A stretch of DNA of 63,914 nucleotides, filler included, from Octopus bimaculoides (GCF_001194135.2; 6 parts of 5 records of this genome joined end to end with filler, not necessarily neighbours in it), one strand, 5' to 3'. Positions 1 to 13,973 are shown, counted from the first letter of the whole stretch. Notes: generated by a model from the letters alone, not told the origin. Program-made: numbers and translations.

Positions 1-48
<48 letters not shown>

Positions 49-76
49 CACACAGACACACACACACACACACACT
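1..76. repeat. (TA)n/(CA)n microsatellite at window start
   Basis: Direct dinucleotide runs. Confidence 0.95.
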
Positions 77-399
77 TACTGCAATCTATAAATTATAACT
101 ACTATATTATACACATATATTGCAGAGGGAAACAATTTTATTTCGTATGTCACAGCTATTTTCCTCTCTTTTACTTGATAGAGTTTATACTTTTTAAAAT
201 ACATACCTGGAAAAAAATCTATTTTTTGTGCAAAAATGTAACACAGTAGAAAAAAAAAACCTTGTTAGAAGGAGTATAAAAAGGATTAAAAAAAAATGAA
301 GAAAAAACAAAACTGCAATGTGTGGGAAAACATTTTTACCAACACTGATTATAAAATCACTTCAACTCAAAAGTGGTTATCAAAATAAGATTAACTTTA

Positions 400-850
400 A
401 AATAGAAAGCCATTGAAATCTGCACAATACAAAGTCAACTTTGAAATCTGCTTGACAACAAGTGAGTTGTGAAATGTGTTCAACACAGTTATAAAATCAC
501 TTCACCACAGTGTAGGAAACCTGCCCAGTACAACACATGAAATCTGACCAACACAAAGTACGAAATTTGTCCAACACAAAGCATGAAATCTGACCAACAC
601 AAAGTACAAAATATGCCCAACACAGTATTATGAAGTCTGACCAGGACAAATTTAACAATGAAATCTGCTTGAGACAGCATATGAAATTTACTCAACATAG
701 AATTAATAAGGAAATCAGTCCAACACAGCATATGAAATTTACTCAACACACAAGGTTAACAATAAAGTCTGTCCAACATAGCATATGAAATTTACCCAAC
801 ACAAAGTTAACAATGAAATCTTTCCAACATAGCATGACATGGTTAACTAT
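400..850. repeat. Degenerate minisatellite with 20-30 bp units built on atgaaat(c/t)tnnccaacac
   Basis: Motif recurs more than 10 times, e.g. atgaaatctgaccaacacaaagt, gcatatgaaatttactcaaca, aaagttaacaatgaaatct. Confidence 0.75.
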
Positions 851-2218
851 GAAGATTTTCTAAAAGAAAACCTAGTCATGAAATGTGTCCAGCAAAACAG
901 TCAGTCAGGCAATCTGTCCAAAAGTCAGTCATATAATGTGTACAATGTATAAGGACTGAAAACAAGACATTTCAAAAATGAGACAGACATAATATGATAT
1001 AACCTCAAAGAACAACAGTACGGCAAATACACAAAGTTGATTATGAAATTTACTTTAAAAAAAAGAAAGAAAAAACAGTATATTTCAGAAGTTAATACGA
1101 TACAAAGTTTGGAACATACAAACATCACAGTTGAGAAAACTTCACCCACTTCCCCCTCACCACACACACAGAATACAGAAAAAATGAACTATCACATCAA
1201 AGCAAAATGGTGAAGGTTATTGGTATTTGGAAACAAATAAAGTGGGAAGATCAGGAAGTTTGTATAATGAAAAGGTGTGCCATGTGAATCAGATTGAATG
1301 ACAAAAGGAGAAAAGATAAAGTTTTAAATTCATAACAGGAAAAAGGTTCTGTGTTGTTCTGAGTAATGAAAAAATATCGAGCATGTAAGTGTGTGTGTGT
1401 GTGTGTTTGTTTGTTAGTAAAGGCTGTATCTCATCATCAGTCACCATGAACGCTAGTGTTGAGAAAACAATGAAATGGGAGAATTATTCATCAATAAATT
1501 ACAATAGAGAAATTTTGTAATCTGGTTTGCTGTCTTGAAACAACTATTGTTGTTTAACACATGGCCAGACCTGACTGAGAAAATCAATGATCAAAAGTAT
1601 TCCAATAATGATGACCATCCTGTCTTCTTAGAGTATTACTTTATCTAATGTATCTTATTCTTGTATAAGACAGTAAAGTGAGATTTAAAGGAAATTTGGC
1701 TGCTATTTTTAGGAGGCCAAGCAGCCACAGCAATGTTCCTTAGTGTTAACTAATAGCAAAGCTGAAGTGTATTTCATTTTAATGTATATAATACATATCA
1801 TAGATATTAAAGTCATATATGAGCTTATATTTCAATTTAGTATGTATATATAATATCATAGATATTTTCATGCTTGACTTTTTTTAAACTTTTGTTTTCA
1901 GTGCATAAGCCACATATATTGAATGATTAGCCATGTGTATTTTTATGATTTCACAGTAAAGATATAATGTGAATGTAGGTACCTGTCAAAGACTAATAGA
2001 GAATGAGTTATAGCAGAAGTAAAATGAAAGTGAGTGGAAGGATGAGGTGTCTGTTATATTTGACAGGAGGAGCAAACAAAGAAGAAATGAATAAGAGAAT
2101 TTAAATGAAAGAAATGTTGGAGTAGGTAATACAACAATGGTAAGAATAGGAAGAGTCATAGACAGAAAATACCGAAGAATAATATATATGATTGAAACAG
2201 AATAACATGAGTTATCTT

Positions 2219-2271
<53 letters not shown>

Positions 2272-2545
2272 CACATACACACACATATGGTTCAAAATAA
2301 CACAAAAAACAAAAGACATAGACAGGAGAAGGAACAACAAACAAGGTGTATTAGTTTGCTCATTCACACACACACACACACACACACAAACAAACATAGA
2401 CAAACATTTTAAATGAACACAAAGCATCCTTTGTCTCCAATTTGTCTTTAAAGATAAACCACGGCGGGTAGTCATGGTGGGTATATTGGGCTTCATATAT
2501 TTGTACCTTGGTGTCACATTGATAGTATGCACTGTTCTCTCATTC

Positions 2546-2581
<36 letters not shown>

Positions 2582-2599
2582 CCTTTCTACTATAGGCAC

Positions 2600-2795
2600 A
2601 TGTCCTGGATTTTTCTGTTGAGGGGGACAGTCGATCACATCGACCCCATTACTCAATTGGTACTTTATTTACCAACCCCCAAAAGGATGATAGGCAAAGT
2701 CGACCTCGGCGGAATTTGAACTCAGAATGTAAAGGCAAACAAAATACTGCCAAGCATTTTGTCTAGCATGCTTACGATTCTGCCAACTCGCCACC
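2600..2795 (-). mobile_element. SINE family B (Meta/MESC-like core)
   Basis: Reverse complement of ttcaaattccgccgaggtcgactttgcc...gtacc...ggggtcgatgtgatcgac; same family as 24615-24780. Confidence 0.75.
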
Positions 2796-2868
<73 letters not shown>

Positions 2869-3134
2869 TTATAATAAATGATGTAGTATATAAATATTTA
2901 TAGTCATAATTATGGCAAAAAAAAAATGATATTTTGATTTCTCTATTGAAAACCATTTTCTATAATTAATAAAGTGGTCAACGTATTTGTATAACAGATG
3001 CATTTTTTATTTTGTATACAACAGAATACATCATATATCGGTATATCACAGATATTATCAGTTGTACGTATGCTTTATTTCACTTTGGTGTTTATAGTAT
3101 ATAAGTACGATAAATATATCCATTAGTTTATATA

Positions 3135-3470
3135 TCTTATTTTTTACTTGTTTCAGAAGAGTTTTTGTTGAAGTCTACTCCAGTACTTGATTTTTTAAAG
3201 TCTGGTACTTATCCTGTTAGTTGCTTTTGCCAAACTGTAAAGTTATGGGGACATAAACAAACCAGCACTGGTTTTCAAGGGGGACTGGCATAAACACAGA
3301 CACAAAGATGTGCACACATATAATGGGCTTCCATACAGTTTTTACCTACCAAATGTTACAAGGTACTGGTCAAGCTGGGGCTATAGTAGAAGACATTTGT
3401 CCAAGGTGCATCACAGTGGGACTGAACCCCAAACCACAAGGTTGCAAAGCAAGCTTCTTAACCACACTTG
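3135..3470 (-). mobile_element. SINE family A, old copy
   Basis: Matches reverse complement of 34925-35390 (ctatagtagaagaca...ccaaggtg...gtgggactgaaccc). Confidence 0.75.
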
Positions 3471-3824
3471 TTTGTTTACCATTCTCATTTGTACCTTTGA
3501 ATACGTCATGTAAGGTGAAAAGTGAACAATTTGAATAATTGATGATTTACATATATCTTGGAGAAGATAGACTAATGTGGTATTCCTGTGCTCAGCTCCA
3601 GGCCTGTGGGAAGATTTGAACCCAGCATGGCTAGTTAAGGAAACACTCATCAGTTACAGAGTGCACTATCACATATAGGGGATAACTGCATAGATTGAGT
3701 CATTGATCATCTCTAGATAACTTAATCTATGACATATGACACATGCAACACTAGTGAAAGGATATGAACTACTAAGCTGTTAATTTGTAGCTCAGTAAGC
3801 TGAGATTCCCAGTCATCATCATTT

Positions 3825-3965
3825 AACATCTGTTCTTTCATGCTTGCATAGGTCAGGTGGAATTTGTTAAAGTACATTTTTTACAGCTGGATGCTTTTCC
3901 TATTACCAGTCCTCACCTGTTTCAAGCAAGGCAATATTTCCCATGGTCAGACATTTTCCCCCACA
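3825..3965 (-). mobile_element. Old RTE-type 3' tail fragment
   Basis: catcatcatttaaca...acagctggatgcttttccta resembles the RTE tail and ggatgcccttcct motif. Confidence 0.6.
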
Positions 3966-4519
3966 GAGAATCGGAAACAAACAGCATTGCTTGTACGATG
4001 GTGACTCTCATTTCCAACTATCACACAATGTCTAGATTACATCTGTCAATAAAGTCAACATTGGGTATAAACAGAGTGAAAACAGTTTTTTTTTAAATTA
4101 GAAATAGAGTGTTTTTGGTAAGTAGAGTCAAGTGTGTAGATCAGGGATAAAAGACATCACCAAGTGTATGACTCAGTCTTAGAATGTTGAAGTCAAGAAT
4201 AAGTACATTACTTGGTAACTGCAACTCAACAATGGCAACATCAATTGCACTACAACTGTAACAAAACACCGACATTAAAGATGGTAGTAAAGACAACCAA
4301 AACAAGAACCACAACAGCAACACTGACAAAGACCTCAATCTAATATTTAAAGAGAAAAATAATGCTACCATATGTGCCATATGCAATGTTATTTGCACTC
4401 TGTACCATCTTTCAATGGTTCTATGTGCAGAATTATACATTCATTATATGTCATTTCAATGTCAACACCTGTAAGATTATAATATATTTATATCAACATA
4501 CACAGCGCCCAAACTATAT

Positions 4520-4810
4520 TTACATTGCAATAATAGCATCTGTTTGAGTCTATAGGACCCCTATAGTATACCTTAATGACATCATCTGTGACCCTATACA
4601 CCTCTTATATTATACTTTAGTAACTAATCATAGCACCTATATGATATTTCAATATCAGCATCTGTCTGAGCCCTTACACCCCTCTTAGTATATTCCATTG
4701 AATACATTGCAATGACAGCATTTGAATAACCCTACAATTCCCTGTAGTATAATTGAATGACATTATCTGGGGCCCTACAGAATCCATAGTGTATATTTTC
4801 AATGAAAGTT
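4520..4810. repeat. Degenerate tandem repeat, about 45-55 bp units
   Basis: About five imperfect units of caatgacagcatctgtntgagccctatacacccct..agtata. Confidence 0.6.
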
Positions 4811-5022
4811 CTCACTGACCATGTGATGGTAGATTGAGGGTACAACATGATGAGCCATAAAGTAAGTAGTAGGTAAGGGATTAAAATATTAAAGATGGTA
4901 AACAATACACCAATACATGGAAGACAGCAACTTGGACATTTCCCCACCTTAATACTTTTCAAAATAAATCAGTTTAATCAAATAAGATTTGGTGGGATTA
5001 GAAAGTGGATTTTTAAAATCAG

Positions 5023-5224
5023 AAATCATGCAGAAACCAGTGAGGTTTTGGGTAACTCCATGCTTGTTGGGGTCTATACCCCAATCACTACCTTCGGTCC
5101 CAAAACTGCAGCTCGTGCAGTACGACTTGGTACTAATGCTTGGAAAGCAATTGCCTCTTGTCTGGATGTAGCTCTCTCTGTCACAAAAGAGCCGCCTTTG
5201 GAGGGGCAACATTGGGGTGGTTGA
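5023..5224 (+). CDS. Candidate exon or coding remnant, product unidentified (NHAETSEVLGNSMLVGVYTPITTFGPKTAARAVRLGTNAWKAIASCLDVALSVTKEPPLEGQHWGG)
   Basis: GC-richer island in AT-rich DNA. In this frame a hand count gives G at 26/66 first positions and A/T at 42/66 third positions; ttttaaaatcag acceptor-like site at 5021-5022. The minus frame 5074-5289 shares the same wobble position, so strand is uncertain. Confidence 0.35.
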
Positions 5225-5395
5225 GCTTGAAGTCGACATATACTTATCATTTCCAACTTGTGACAAAAAAAATAATTATAAACCAGCAAATATATCCATT
5301 AGGGATGATATATACGATATATTATTTATATAATATATAAATAATATAACTGTATAATATACATACATATATAAATATATGTATGTATGTATATA

Positions 5396-5431
<36 letters not shown>

Positions 5432-5554
5432 ATATATATATGTATATAATATATNNNNNNNNNNNNNNNNNNNNNNNNNNNNNNNNNNNNNNNNNNNNTT
5501 AATTAATTAANNNNNNNNNNNNNNNNNNNNNNNNNNNNNNNNNNNNNNNNNNNN

Positions 5555-5597
<43 letters not shown>

Positions 5598-6358
5598 AGA
5601 AATGAGGGCAGGGAATCGTCAATTAATAATAGAATTAACAATTAACAATTTTGCCAAGTAGTTCATAAATACACTGTAAAATTCCTTGTCTGAAAAATCA
5701 TGTAGTTACTGAACAACCTAATACTGGTACACAGCACAGACTGTCAGTACTAAATCCATCTGCAAGGGGTTAAGATTGTAAAATATGAGTGCAGAGTGAT
5801 TTGGCTGGTATTTCTATCAGGTCAAGCTATCACATAAAAGACTTGATCATTCCCTTGCTATTCAAAGATTGTATCAATTTTGTGATTAATTATTGATCTA
5901 CTAATGTAGTATCTATTAAAAACATCATTTCTATTCATTTTCAAAACTTCTAAATCTTTCTGCTTCAAGCTGTACACCATTTTCTTCTCTTGTTTCATTT
6001 TGTCTGCTTGCTTAACTCCCTGTCTCACATTAGTAATCAACAGCTGGGTGTTTCTTTTTCACTCTCTCTTTCTGCCCCTTTTATTTTGTTAAATTTCCCC
6101 CTGTCTATCTGCTTATCCATTTCTCTTATATTTTCTTCCTCTCTCACTTCTATCTCCCTCAACACTGCTACTGCTTTCTTCAGCAACATTATTTTATCAT
6201 GTTATCTCTCTAATTCTCATCGATCTAATTCTCTCCCTCTCTGTTGCTTTCTTCTCATACCTGTATCCTTTTTCTCAGTTACTCTTTCTTCTATCCCTCC
6301 CTATACTTCATTGTCTGCTTACGTATGTCTCTGTCATGCTTGATGATTAATTGCAGGA

Positions 6359-6390
<32 letters not shown>

Positions 6391-8039
6391 CTTGACCTAT
6401 ATATTTATCTATGTGCTCCAACTCCCTTTATAATACTTTCATTCTCTCTTTCACCCTTAGCAGCACAACTTTTTTCTTCTACATTCCAATAATATGACAG
6501 AAGAGTGAAACAGTAAATAAAAGAAACTCAACACATTACTTAACCTTTTAACCTAGTGATCCATAATTTTTAGTCAACTACCCTTTTTACACTAGTGTTA
6601 TCTTTACAGCTTTATGCAGAAGCATGAACCATTTCCCACTATATAAGAAATTTTAGTTGTAACAATAGATTCCCTCCTTCATAATCCTATAACTCCTGGG
6701 TAATTGACACCTCTTGGTGTCAATTTTGGGAATTATTAACTAAACTCTTTATCTTAACTCTTTAGCATTCAGACTACTCTGTCAAATGCAATCTTATTTA
6801 TTCACATAGTTTTGAATTAGTCATATACTATTTCATAACTTTAAGAGTTCAATGTGATTATTTAGTTTTAGAGTGACATTATAGAAGAGGTGTAAGAAGC
6901 CAGATCTAACTGGTTTGAACATGAAACAGGTATTTTAGTTTGGCAAGATATGACTAGTTTAAATGCTACAGGGTTAAGCAAGCTCTGCATGATTGCCAGT
7001 AAATATAACTTGTCTTCTGTTTTCACCTGTCTCCATTAAACTATTGAAATTCAGAATCTATATTTCTGTGTGAGTGAAATGAAAATTTTGCTAAAACAGT
7101 CCATAGTGGTGGTAGTGCAAAAGTGTTCGGACAAATGAGCTCTTAAATAGAAGTCCTTTTGCTTAGAATAACTTCCAGTATATTTCTGAACCTTGAAACA
7201 TTCAAAATTGAATGATGTTGTTGACCCTTTTAACAACAAGGTGAAATATGAGGGAATGCTGAAAAGTTCCAGGCATTAAGGGTATTGCAAACAGCTTGGT
7301 TGAGGCTTAACCTTCCCAGTTCTTTTAGAAAAACTGGAGGATCATTGCAATAAGTGTATAAATTTGAGAGGGGAATATGTTGAATAAAATCATTATTAAC
7401 TGATCCTCCTGTATTTTCTTTTACCCAAAGCCAGGAATGTTTTAGCACCCATTCACAATTACCAACCATTCACGAAAAAGAGACAATCTACATAGGAAGT
7501 GAGAATGAGAAGGGAGCTGAAAAATATAGAAAAGAGTAAACTTAAGAAAGTTAGATGTCGACAGAAAGTGAAAAAAAGAATAAGAGAAACACATTGAAAA
7601 AGAAAAAGAAAAAGAAAAAGAAAAGAGAGAGTAAGGAAATGAAAAAGAAAATGAAAGGTTGTGATAGAGAGTGAAAGAAAAAAGGAGTGCAACATTGATA
7701 GTCATAGCAGTCATAGAGTGCATATCTGTTTATTCCTTCTTACCCCATGCTCATAGATTTTACCTGTGCTCAGTCTTTTTAATAGTAAAAGCAGCAACAA
7801 TGTGCATCATTGAATTCATTATATGTGAGCATATGTGTGTGCTTTTTTGTATGAGTCAACCATATATTTATATATATGTATATATACATACTGAGTGCAG
7901 TGAATAAACTGTCATGTAAATTACGCAAAATGAAAATAACACTGACATCTCATTTTAACAGATATATTTACCAAAATTATATAAGAATATCATGAAATAC
8001 TAAGGAGTAAACTTATTCAATAAAATCGCCATTGGCTTC

Positions 8040-8750
8040 AACCAGTTTCTACAGCTGGATGCCCTTCCTAACGCCAACCACTCAGAGTGTAGTGGGTGCT
8101 TTTACGTGTCATCCGCACGAAGGCCAGTCAGGCGGTACTGGCAATGGCCACGCTCAAAATGGTGTCTTTTATGTGCCACCCGCACAAGAGCCAGTCCAGG
8201 GGTACTGGCAACGATCTCGCTCGAAAATCCTACGAAGGCCAGTCAGGCGGTACTGGCAACGGCCACGCTCAAAATGGTGCATCTTATGTGCCACCCACAC
8301 AAGAGCCAGTCCAGGGGCACTGGCAATGATCTCACTTGGCTTGCCGGGTCTTCTCACGCACAACACATTTCCNNNNNNNNNNNNNNNNNNNNNNNNNNNN
8401 NNNNNNNNNNNNNNNNNNNNNNNNNNNNNNNNNNNNNNNNNNNNNNNNNNNNGTGGCACATTTTCACGCAGCTATCCTCATCCATTCTCACCACATGTCC
8501 ATACCAGCGCAATCGTCTCTCTTGCACACCACAATTGATGCTCCTTATGTTCAGCTTTTCTCTCAAGATACTTACACTCTGACGGGTATTCACACTGACA
8601 TTACACATCCAACGGAGCACACTGGCTTCATTCCTTGCGAGCTTACACATGTCCTCAGCAGTCACAGCCCATGTTTCACTGCCATGTAGCATGGCTGTTC
8701 GTACATATGCGTCATACAGTCTGCCTTTTACTCTGAGTGAGAGTCCCTTT
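8040..8750 (-). mobile_element. RTE-clade LINE, truncated, spans gap
   Basis: LHGSETW...RRLRWYGHVVRM C-terminal RTE motifs plus family 3' UTR with ggatgcccttcct and hairpin repeat units. Confidence 0.9.
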
Positions 8751-9389
8751 TTCTTAAATTAACGCTTATTATATTTTTAAGAGATCTTAAAGAAACAGAT
8801 TTTTATATATAATTGATAATTTTTTTACATAATTAATAAATTTTGATTTAAGAAAGTCACTCTCCAAATATTATGATTATATCAAGAATTTTTTGCAAAA
8901 CTGATTTTTAACAATATATCTAGATAATTTTGCCAGATATAAAGGTGAAGTTTATACATAGAGTTCAACTTAATACCAAGAAAATTTCCCAGTATTTTTT
9001 CTTACAATTATTGCTCAGTAATTTTGCATTCATATGCAATATCAAAAGAATGACGCATACTACAGTTTGTAACACAATTATTTAAGAAGTAAATATAATT
9101 TCCTGTGATGTAAAGCTTTGAGGTCTGTATTGTGATAGTGTCCTACTAGTTCATAAACTAGAAATTTGAATAATAAAACCTAATAATAAAATCAGATTTA
9201 CTTCTGTACTATTTCCACCTCCATCTTATCTATATATTTAATCCTTCACCTACTTTAGTCCACAAGTTGAGGCCATGTTAGAGCACTGCCATTATTAAAA
9301 CTACACTTTTACTAACCTTCCTTCTTTAGTTGTTTTTTGTAAATGAGGGGGAATGATGTTGCCATTCTCAGTTACATTTCTTACCACAA

Positions 9390-9650
9390 GGTAAGCTCAC
9401 CTGCAATCTTAGATAATAGGATATCCATTTGTCTCTTGAAAACATCCACATACACTCCATGTAGATCTCTTAAGTTTTTTGACAGAATATTGGTGTGGAT
9501 CTTTGAAGCCTAAACTATAGCAGCATCTGATCCTAACTCTAGAAGCCAAAGGTGGGATTTTTGGCATCATGCAGTAAGATCTTGTTTGGGGATTTATGTA
9601 GGCCTCAGTGTGAAAGTCTGGCACAAGTTTTTCAATGCTCTTCCACAATT
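9390..9650 (-). mobile_element. CR1-type LINE 3' fragment, degenerate
   Basis: WKSIEKLVPDF...MPKIPP..SRVR.RCCYSLGFKDP parallels the C-terminus of 37705-39190. Confidence 0.7.
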
Positions 9651-9689
9651 ATAATACTGCATGCACACACACATTGTTTTATCATCTTC

Positions 9690-9960
9690 ATTTCTCCATC
9701 TGGTTTTTCATGCTTGCATTGGACAGATCCTCTCCAGCAGTCTCCCTCCATTCATCATGATGATTTGCACTCTTCTTGGCACGGTTCAGCATGCTGAGAT
9801 CATCTTCACCACCTCTTTCCATTCTTACTTTTATATAGATCCCTTTTACTTGGATCACTTGCATTCGGCTATCAACCTCCATATGCATCGCTCATCAGCA
9901 CATGTGTAGTCTCTTCTCTTGCACACTACATCTAATGCCTTTTCATTTGTGTTCCATATA
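9690..9960 (-). mobile_element. Degenerate RTE 3' coding fragment
   Basis: Similar to 13200-13450 (caggtcttcc/ctcatccatatg type sequence); translates to ...EWRETAGEDL. Confidence 0.5.
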
Positions 9961-11619
9961 CTATGTACACTAATATTACACATCTGTCAAATGTGCGTGT
10001 GTGCATGTGCGTGTAAAAAAGGAAGGTGTGTGCATGTATGTAAAAATGAGTAACTTGTGAAGCTAGCATTTCAGCACATAGATTGTGAGTTTAAACCAGC
10101 TGCAGGAATTATGTGCTGCTGAGCAACCTTCTTTATTCTACAGTTTTAGTTTACCTAACTGTTACAACTAAACACCAGAGTTTCAAGAGGATGGTCAATG
10201 GGATTGAACACCATTTTATAGATACTGAATAGAGCAAGTTGCTTCCATTTGTGATACTAATAGTGTGAAAAATATATAAACATTCATCGTTCTTTTTATG
10301 TAAAAACATGTAAAAACTAAATATCAAAGTCATTGACAAATATATACAGGAAAGACTACCACCATCCAAGAAGAGATAAAGACCACTTCTGCCCAGTTCT
10401 ATCAATCCACTTTCACTCACACAGCTTAAGTTGACCTAATACTATGTATTTATTGTGCTGCATGATTGTAAAGTCCACCAACTATACAGTCATGCCCGTA
10501 TGTCTTACATAATCAAAAGCGAACACATTTTTCGCATATCTTTCTAAAGTTAACCTATGCTAGAGTAAGTACAATGCTACTGATTTCATGCAATATAATC
10601 AAGAATAAATCAGTCTGACAATGCTCCTATTTCTTATTACATTTCTGCAGCCGCCTAATATATTTTGTCCCATTTTAACCAGGCAATTTGTAAACAAGTT
10701 TCAAAACTTATCTTTGTTTGGAGAAGTGAAACTCACATGGCGTAACATGCGTGGTCTATTTTGACAAGAGTATGACTAATAATAATGCTTCATGCTGATT
10801 TATAACTGAAAGCTTTGACAAATGAATGACGAAATCGAAAGCAACAGTCTTTCAAATGAAACGTTGCACTACACTTTAAAAATGATAAAGACGTGTACTT
10901 TATTTCAAATTAGTAATGCTAATATATGAAAATAATTTATCAAGTGCCATTTTAGGGAATTCGATAAAATAGCTCCAGAATAAACATGAATAAAATGCAA
11001 AAGTAATTGGTATTGACTTGTATTGGTGGTGGGGTTTCTTAGAAAGTTGATTTTCTAAACCTTAAACTTTATGACCTTAGCAAACAGCATTCTTAGTAAA
11101 AGAGATTGCTTATAGATAATCGATCGCCCTGCTAGAAATAGCAACAAAAGTTTCCATGAACATACATCTTAATAAAAGGTAAAAAATACTTTTTTGTAGA
11201 ACTTCTGTCTGGGTTGGAGATAATTTATACCAGCTTTGATTTACACAAGTGTAATTGACTAGAATGGTAGTAACGTGATGAGAAGCAATGATGAACATTA
11301 AATTATGCAAAGAGTCCAGTTTAGAGTTTAATGGTCGGAGAAGATATGGTTCGAAGTTGCTGTTTAGTCTTATCCTGCTTCGAGCACATATATGGTCAAA
11401 GGGTTTGACCACTCCTATTTTGGGGCATTGTATATCTAGGATTACATTATCCATTGCAGCTCCCTTTTCAAGACGGCAGGATGTAATTTGAGGAAGATTT
11501 GACTTTTATGTCTAGTAGATCAAATAACTTTGAAGAAGCTTCCTCTTGTTTTGCAATTGAAATGACAAGTGATTAAACATAGATAGCCTTAGGTACTTAT
11601 CAATGAGTTGCTCTCAGCC

Positions 11620-12050
11620 GTTTCAATTCCATGGAATACCATTTTAGTTTTTCTTGTGTTGACCTTTCATATTCAATGTATTTCAAACCTGTCCAGTTCT
11701 AGAAATTAATTTTTGGCTTTCTCTTTCCTTTCTACATTCATTTTACCTTCTAAGAGTTTATATAAACCATTTTCCCTAAGTCTCCAAAACATTTTTGGTT
11801 TATTTTTTAGTGTTTTTTTTCTCTATGCAGGCGTCTCATAAAATTTTCCTAGTTTTTACCATTTTTAGTATTCCATCATTGCTTTTATGTTGTCTACGAT
11901 AGCTTAAAAAAGAATATCACTGTCAGGATTCTATATGCCTGCATCTCGTTTTCAATCTCTTTCATAGTATTTTTTTACTGATGTCCGCGTTTCACCTCTG
12001 ATATAGTAGAGTAGACCTTACTTAACATTTTAATGATCATGCCAGACAAA
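11620..12050 (-). mobile_element. Ancient RTE-like LINE fragment
   Basis: Frameshifted LLYIRGETRTS...EIENEM.AYRIL and GLYKLLEGKMNVERK resemble RTE LLYGCETW...EMW.YRR.L and LIEGK..GKR motifs. Confidence 0.5.
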
Positions 12051-12639
12051 ATGTTTATTGGCATTTCTTCTGGCTTTAGTTCAACTTCCACCAAGGTTTA
12101 TTTTATTTTTCATCCTTTTGGAGTCGACACAATAAAGTACCAGTCAAGTACTAGGGTCGATATAATCGACTAGCCCCCTTCCCACGTTTCAGGCCTTATA
12201 CTTATACTAAAGATATTAATTCTCTCTGATGTTAATATGTTTGATATTTACTCAGATGGTTTAGTAGATCTCTGAATCCATCTCAGTTCACCATGTAAAA
12301 ATATTTTAAAAGAACATGATAAATCAACGAATGTTGCTCCGTATATTTTGAATATTTAATGTCTTTATCACAGAAACCTAGAACGGTCGCATCTTGTTTG
12401 ACACAAAATAGTCATGAATAACAAGCAAGGTGATTATGAAACAATGAACATCTTGATGAAAAGAAAATACACACCAAGAGATTAAAAAAAAAAATTAACG
12501 AAGAAAACCTCTATATGGTCATTTTATTCGCTAGAAATAGCAGTCGAGTTTCCTTCCAATTAGAAGACTAAATTAGATAATGTAGATAAATTCTGCAATA
12601 TATAAAGATGGAATGGTTATGATTAGAACACTATTGGTC

Positions 12640-13965
12640 ATTATCATCATTATCACCATCATTATTATCGTTTAACGTCCATTATTCCATGCTGGCATGG
12701 GTTGGATGGTTTGCCTGAGGTCTAGAGAGCCAGTGGCTGCACCAGGCTCCAATCTGATCTAGCAATATTTCTACAGCTGGATGCCCTTCCTAATGCCAAC
12801 CACTCCGAGAGTGTAGTGGGTGCTTTTTACGTGTCACTGGCACAGAAGCCAGTCAGTGGGGCCTAGCATCAATCACGTTCGGATAGTGATTTTTACGTGC
12901 TACCAGCATAGGGGCCAGTCAGGGGATACTGGCATCGACCACGTTCAGATGGTGCTTTTTACATGCCACTGGTATAAGAGCCAGTCAAGGGGCACTGGCA
13001 ACAACTACGATATTGGTTTTACTTGACTCAACAAGTCTTCTCAAGCATATCATATCGCCTGATGCATCAGGGGTACTCTTAACTGGGCTGGACATGCGTG
13101 GCTATGATCTCACTTTGGTTGCCAAGTCTTCTCAATCACAGCATATCTCCAGAGGTATTGGTCTCCTGTCATTGCCTCTGTGAGGCCCAATGTTCAAAGG
13201 TCATGCTTCACCACCTCATCCCAGGTCTTCCTGGGTCTACTTCTTCCACAGGTTCCTTCCACAATTAGGGAGTGGCACTTCCTCACACAGCTATCCTCAT
13301 CCATATGTAACACATGACCATACCAGTGCAGTCATCTCTCTTACATACCACATTTGATGCTTCTTATGCCCAACATTTCTCTCAGGGCGCTTACACTCTG
13401 TCTTGTATGCACACTGACATTACATATCCAGTGGATCATACTAGCTTCATTTCTTTTAAGCCTACGCATGTCCTCAGCAGTCATGTCCCATGCTTCACTG
13501 CCGTGTAGCATAGCAGTTCACACACATGCATCATACAGTCTACCTTTCATCCTGAGCGAGAGGCCCTTTGTTGCCAGCAGAGGTAGGAGCTCCCTGAACT
13601 TTGCCCAGGCTATTCTTTTTCTAGCCGCTACAATCTCAGAGCAACCACTTCCACTACAGACTTGGTCGCCTAGATAGTGGAAGCTATTAACTACTTCTAT
13701 GTTCACCAACTGGCATATGATGGAATGTTTTCTGTACATCTTCAGTGTTTATTGCCCCTGTGCATCTGCCACACACAAAAACTATTTTCCTGGTTAACCT
13801 TACTTTGATATTGCTGCACCTTTATGTGTCCATAGCTTACACAGGGCACATCGTATGGAGTTTCTACCCATGCCTTTTCTACAGATCAAGCAGGGCCATC
13901 TACCTGAAGGGGATTTAGTTTTTGCTAGGTTAACCCTAAGGCCCTTCGATTCTTACTTCCACACC
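12640..13965 (-). mobile_element. RTE-clade LINE, 5'-truncated, older subfamily
   Basis: GLRVNLAKTK, GRWPC..CRKG, AWAKFRELLPLL..KGLSLRMKGRLYDACV; 3' UTR with hairpin units and (GAT)n tail. Confidence 0.9.
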
Positions 13966-13973
13966 CTATATCA

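Noticed and set aside
5499-5510. ttaattaattaa embedded in N runs (also about 17256, 23250, 37649, 57802)
   Set aside because: Identical 12-mer centred in gaps, giving stops in all six frames; an assembly gap linker, not biology.
8100-8340. CRISPR-like appearance of repeated hairpin units (also 49013-49290)
   Set aside because: No unique spacers, whole units are homologous, eukaryotic context, and the array is part of an RTE 3' UTR.
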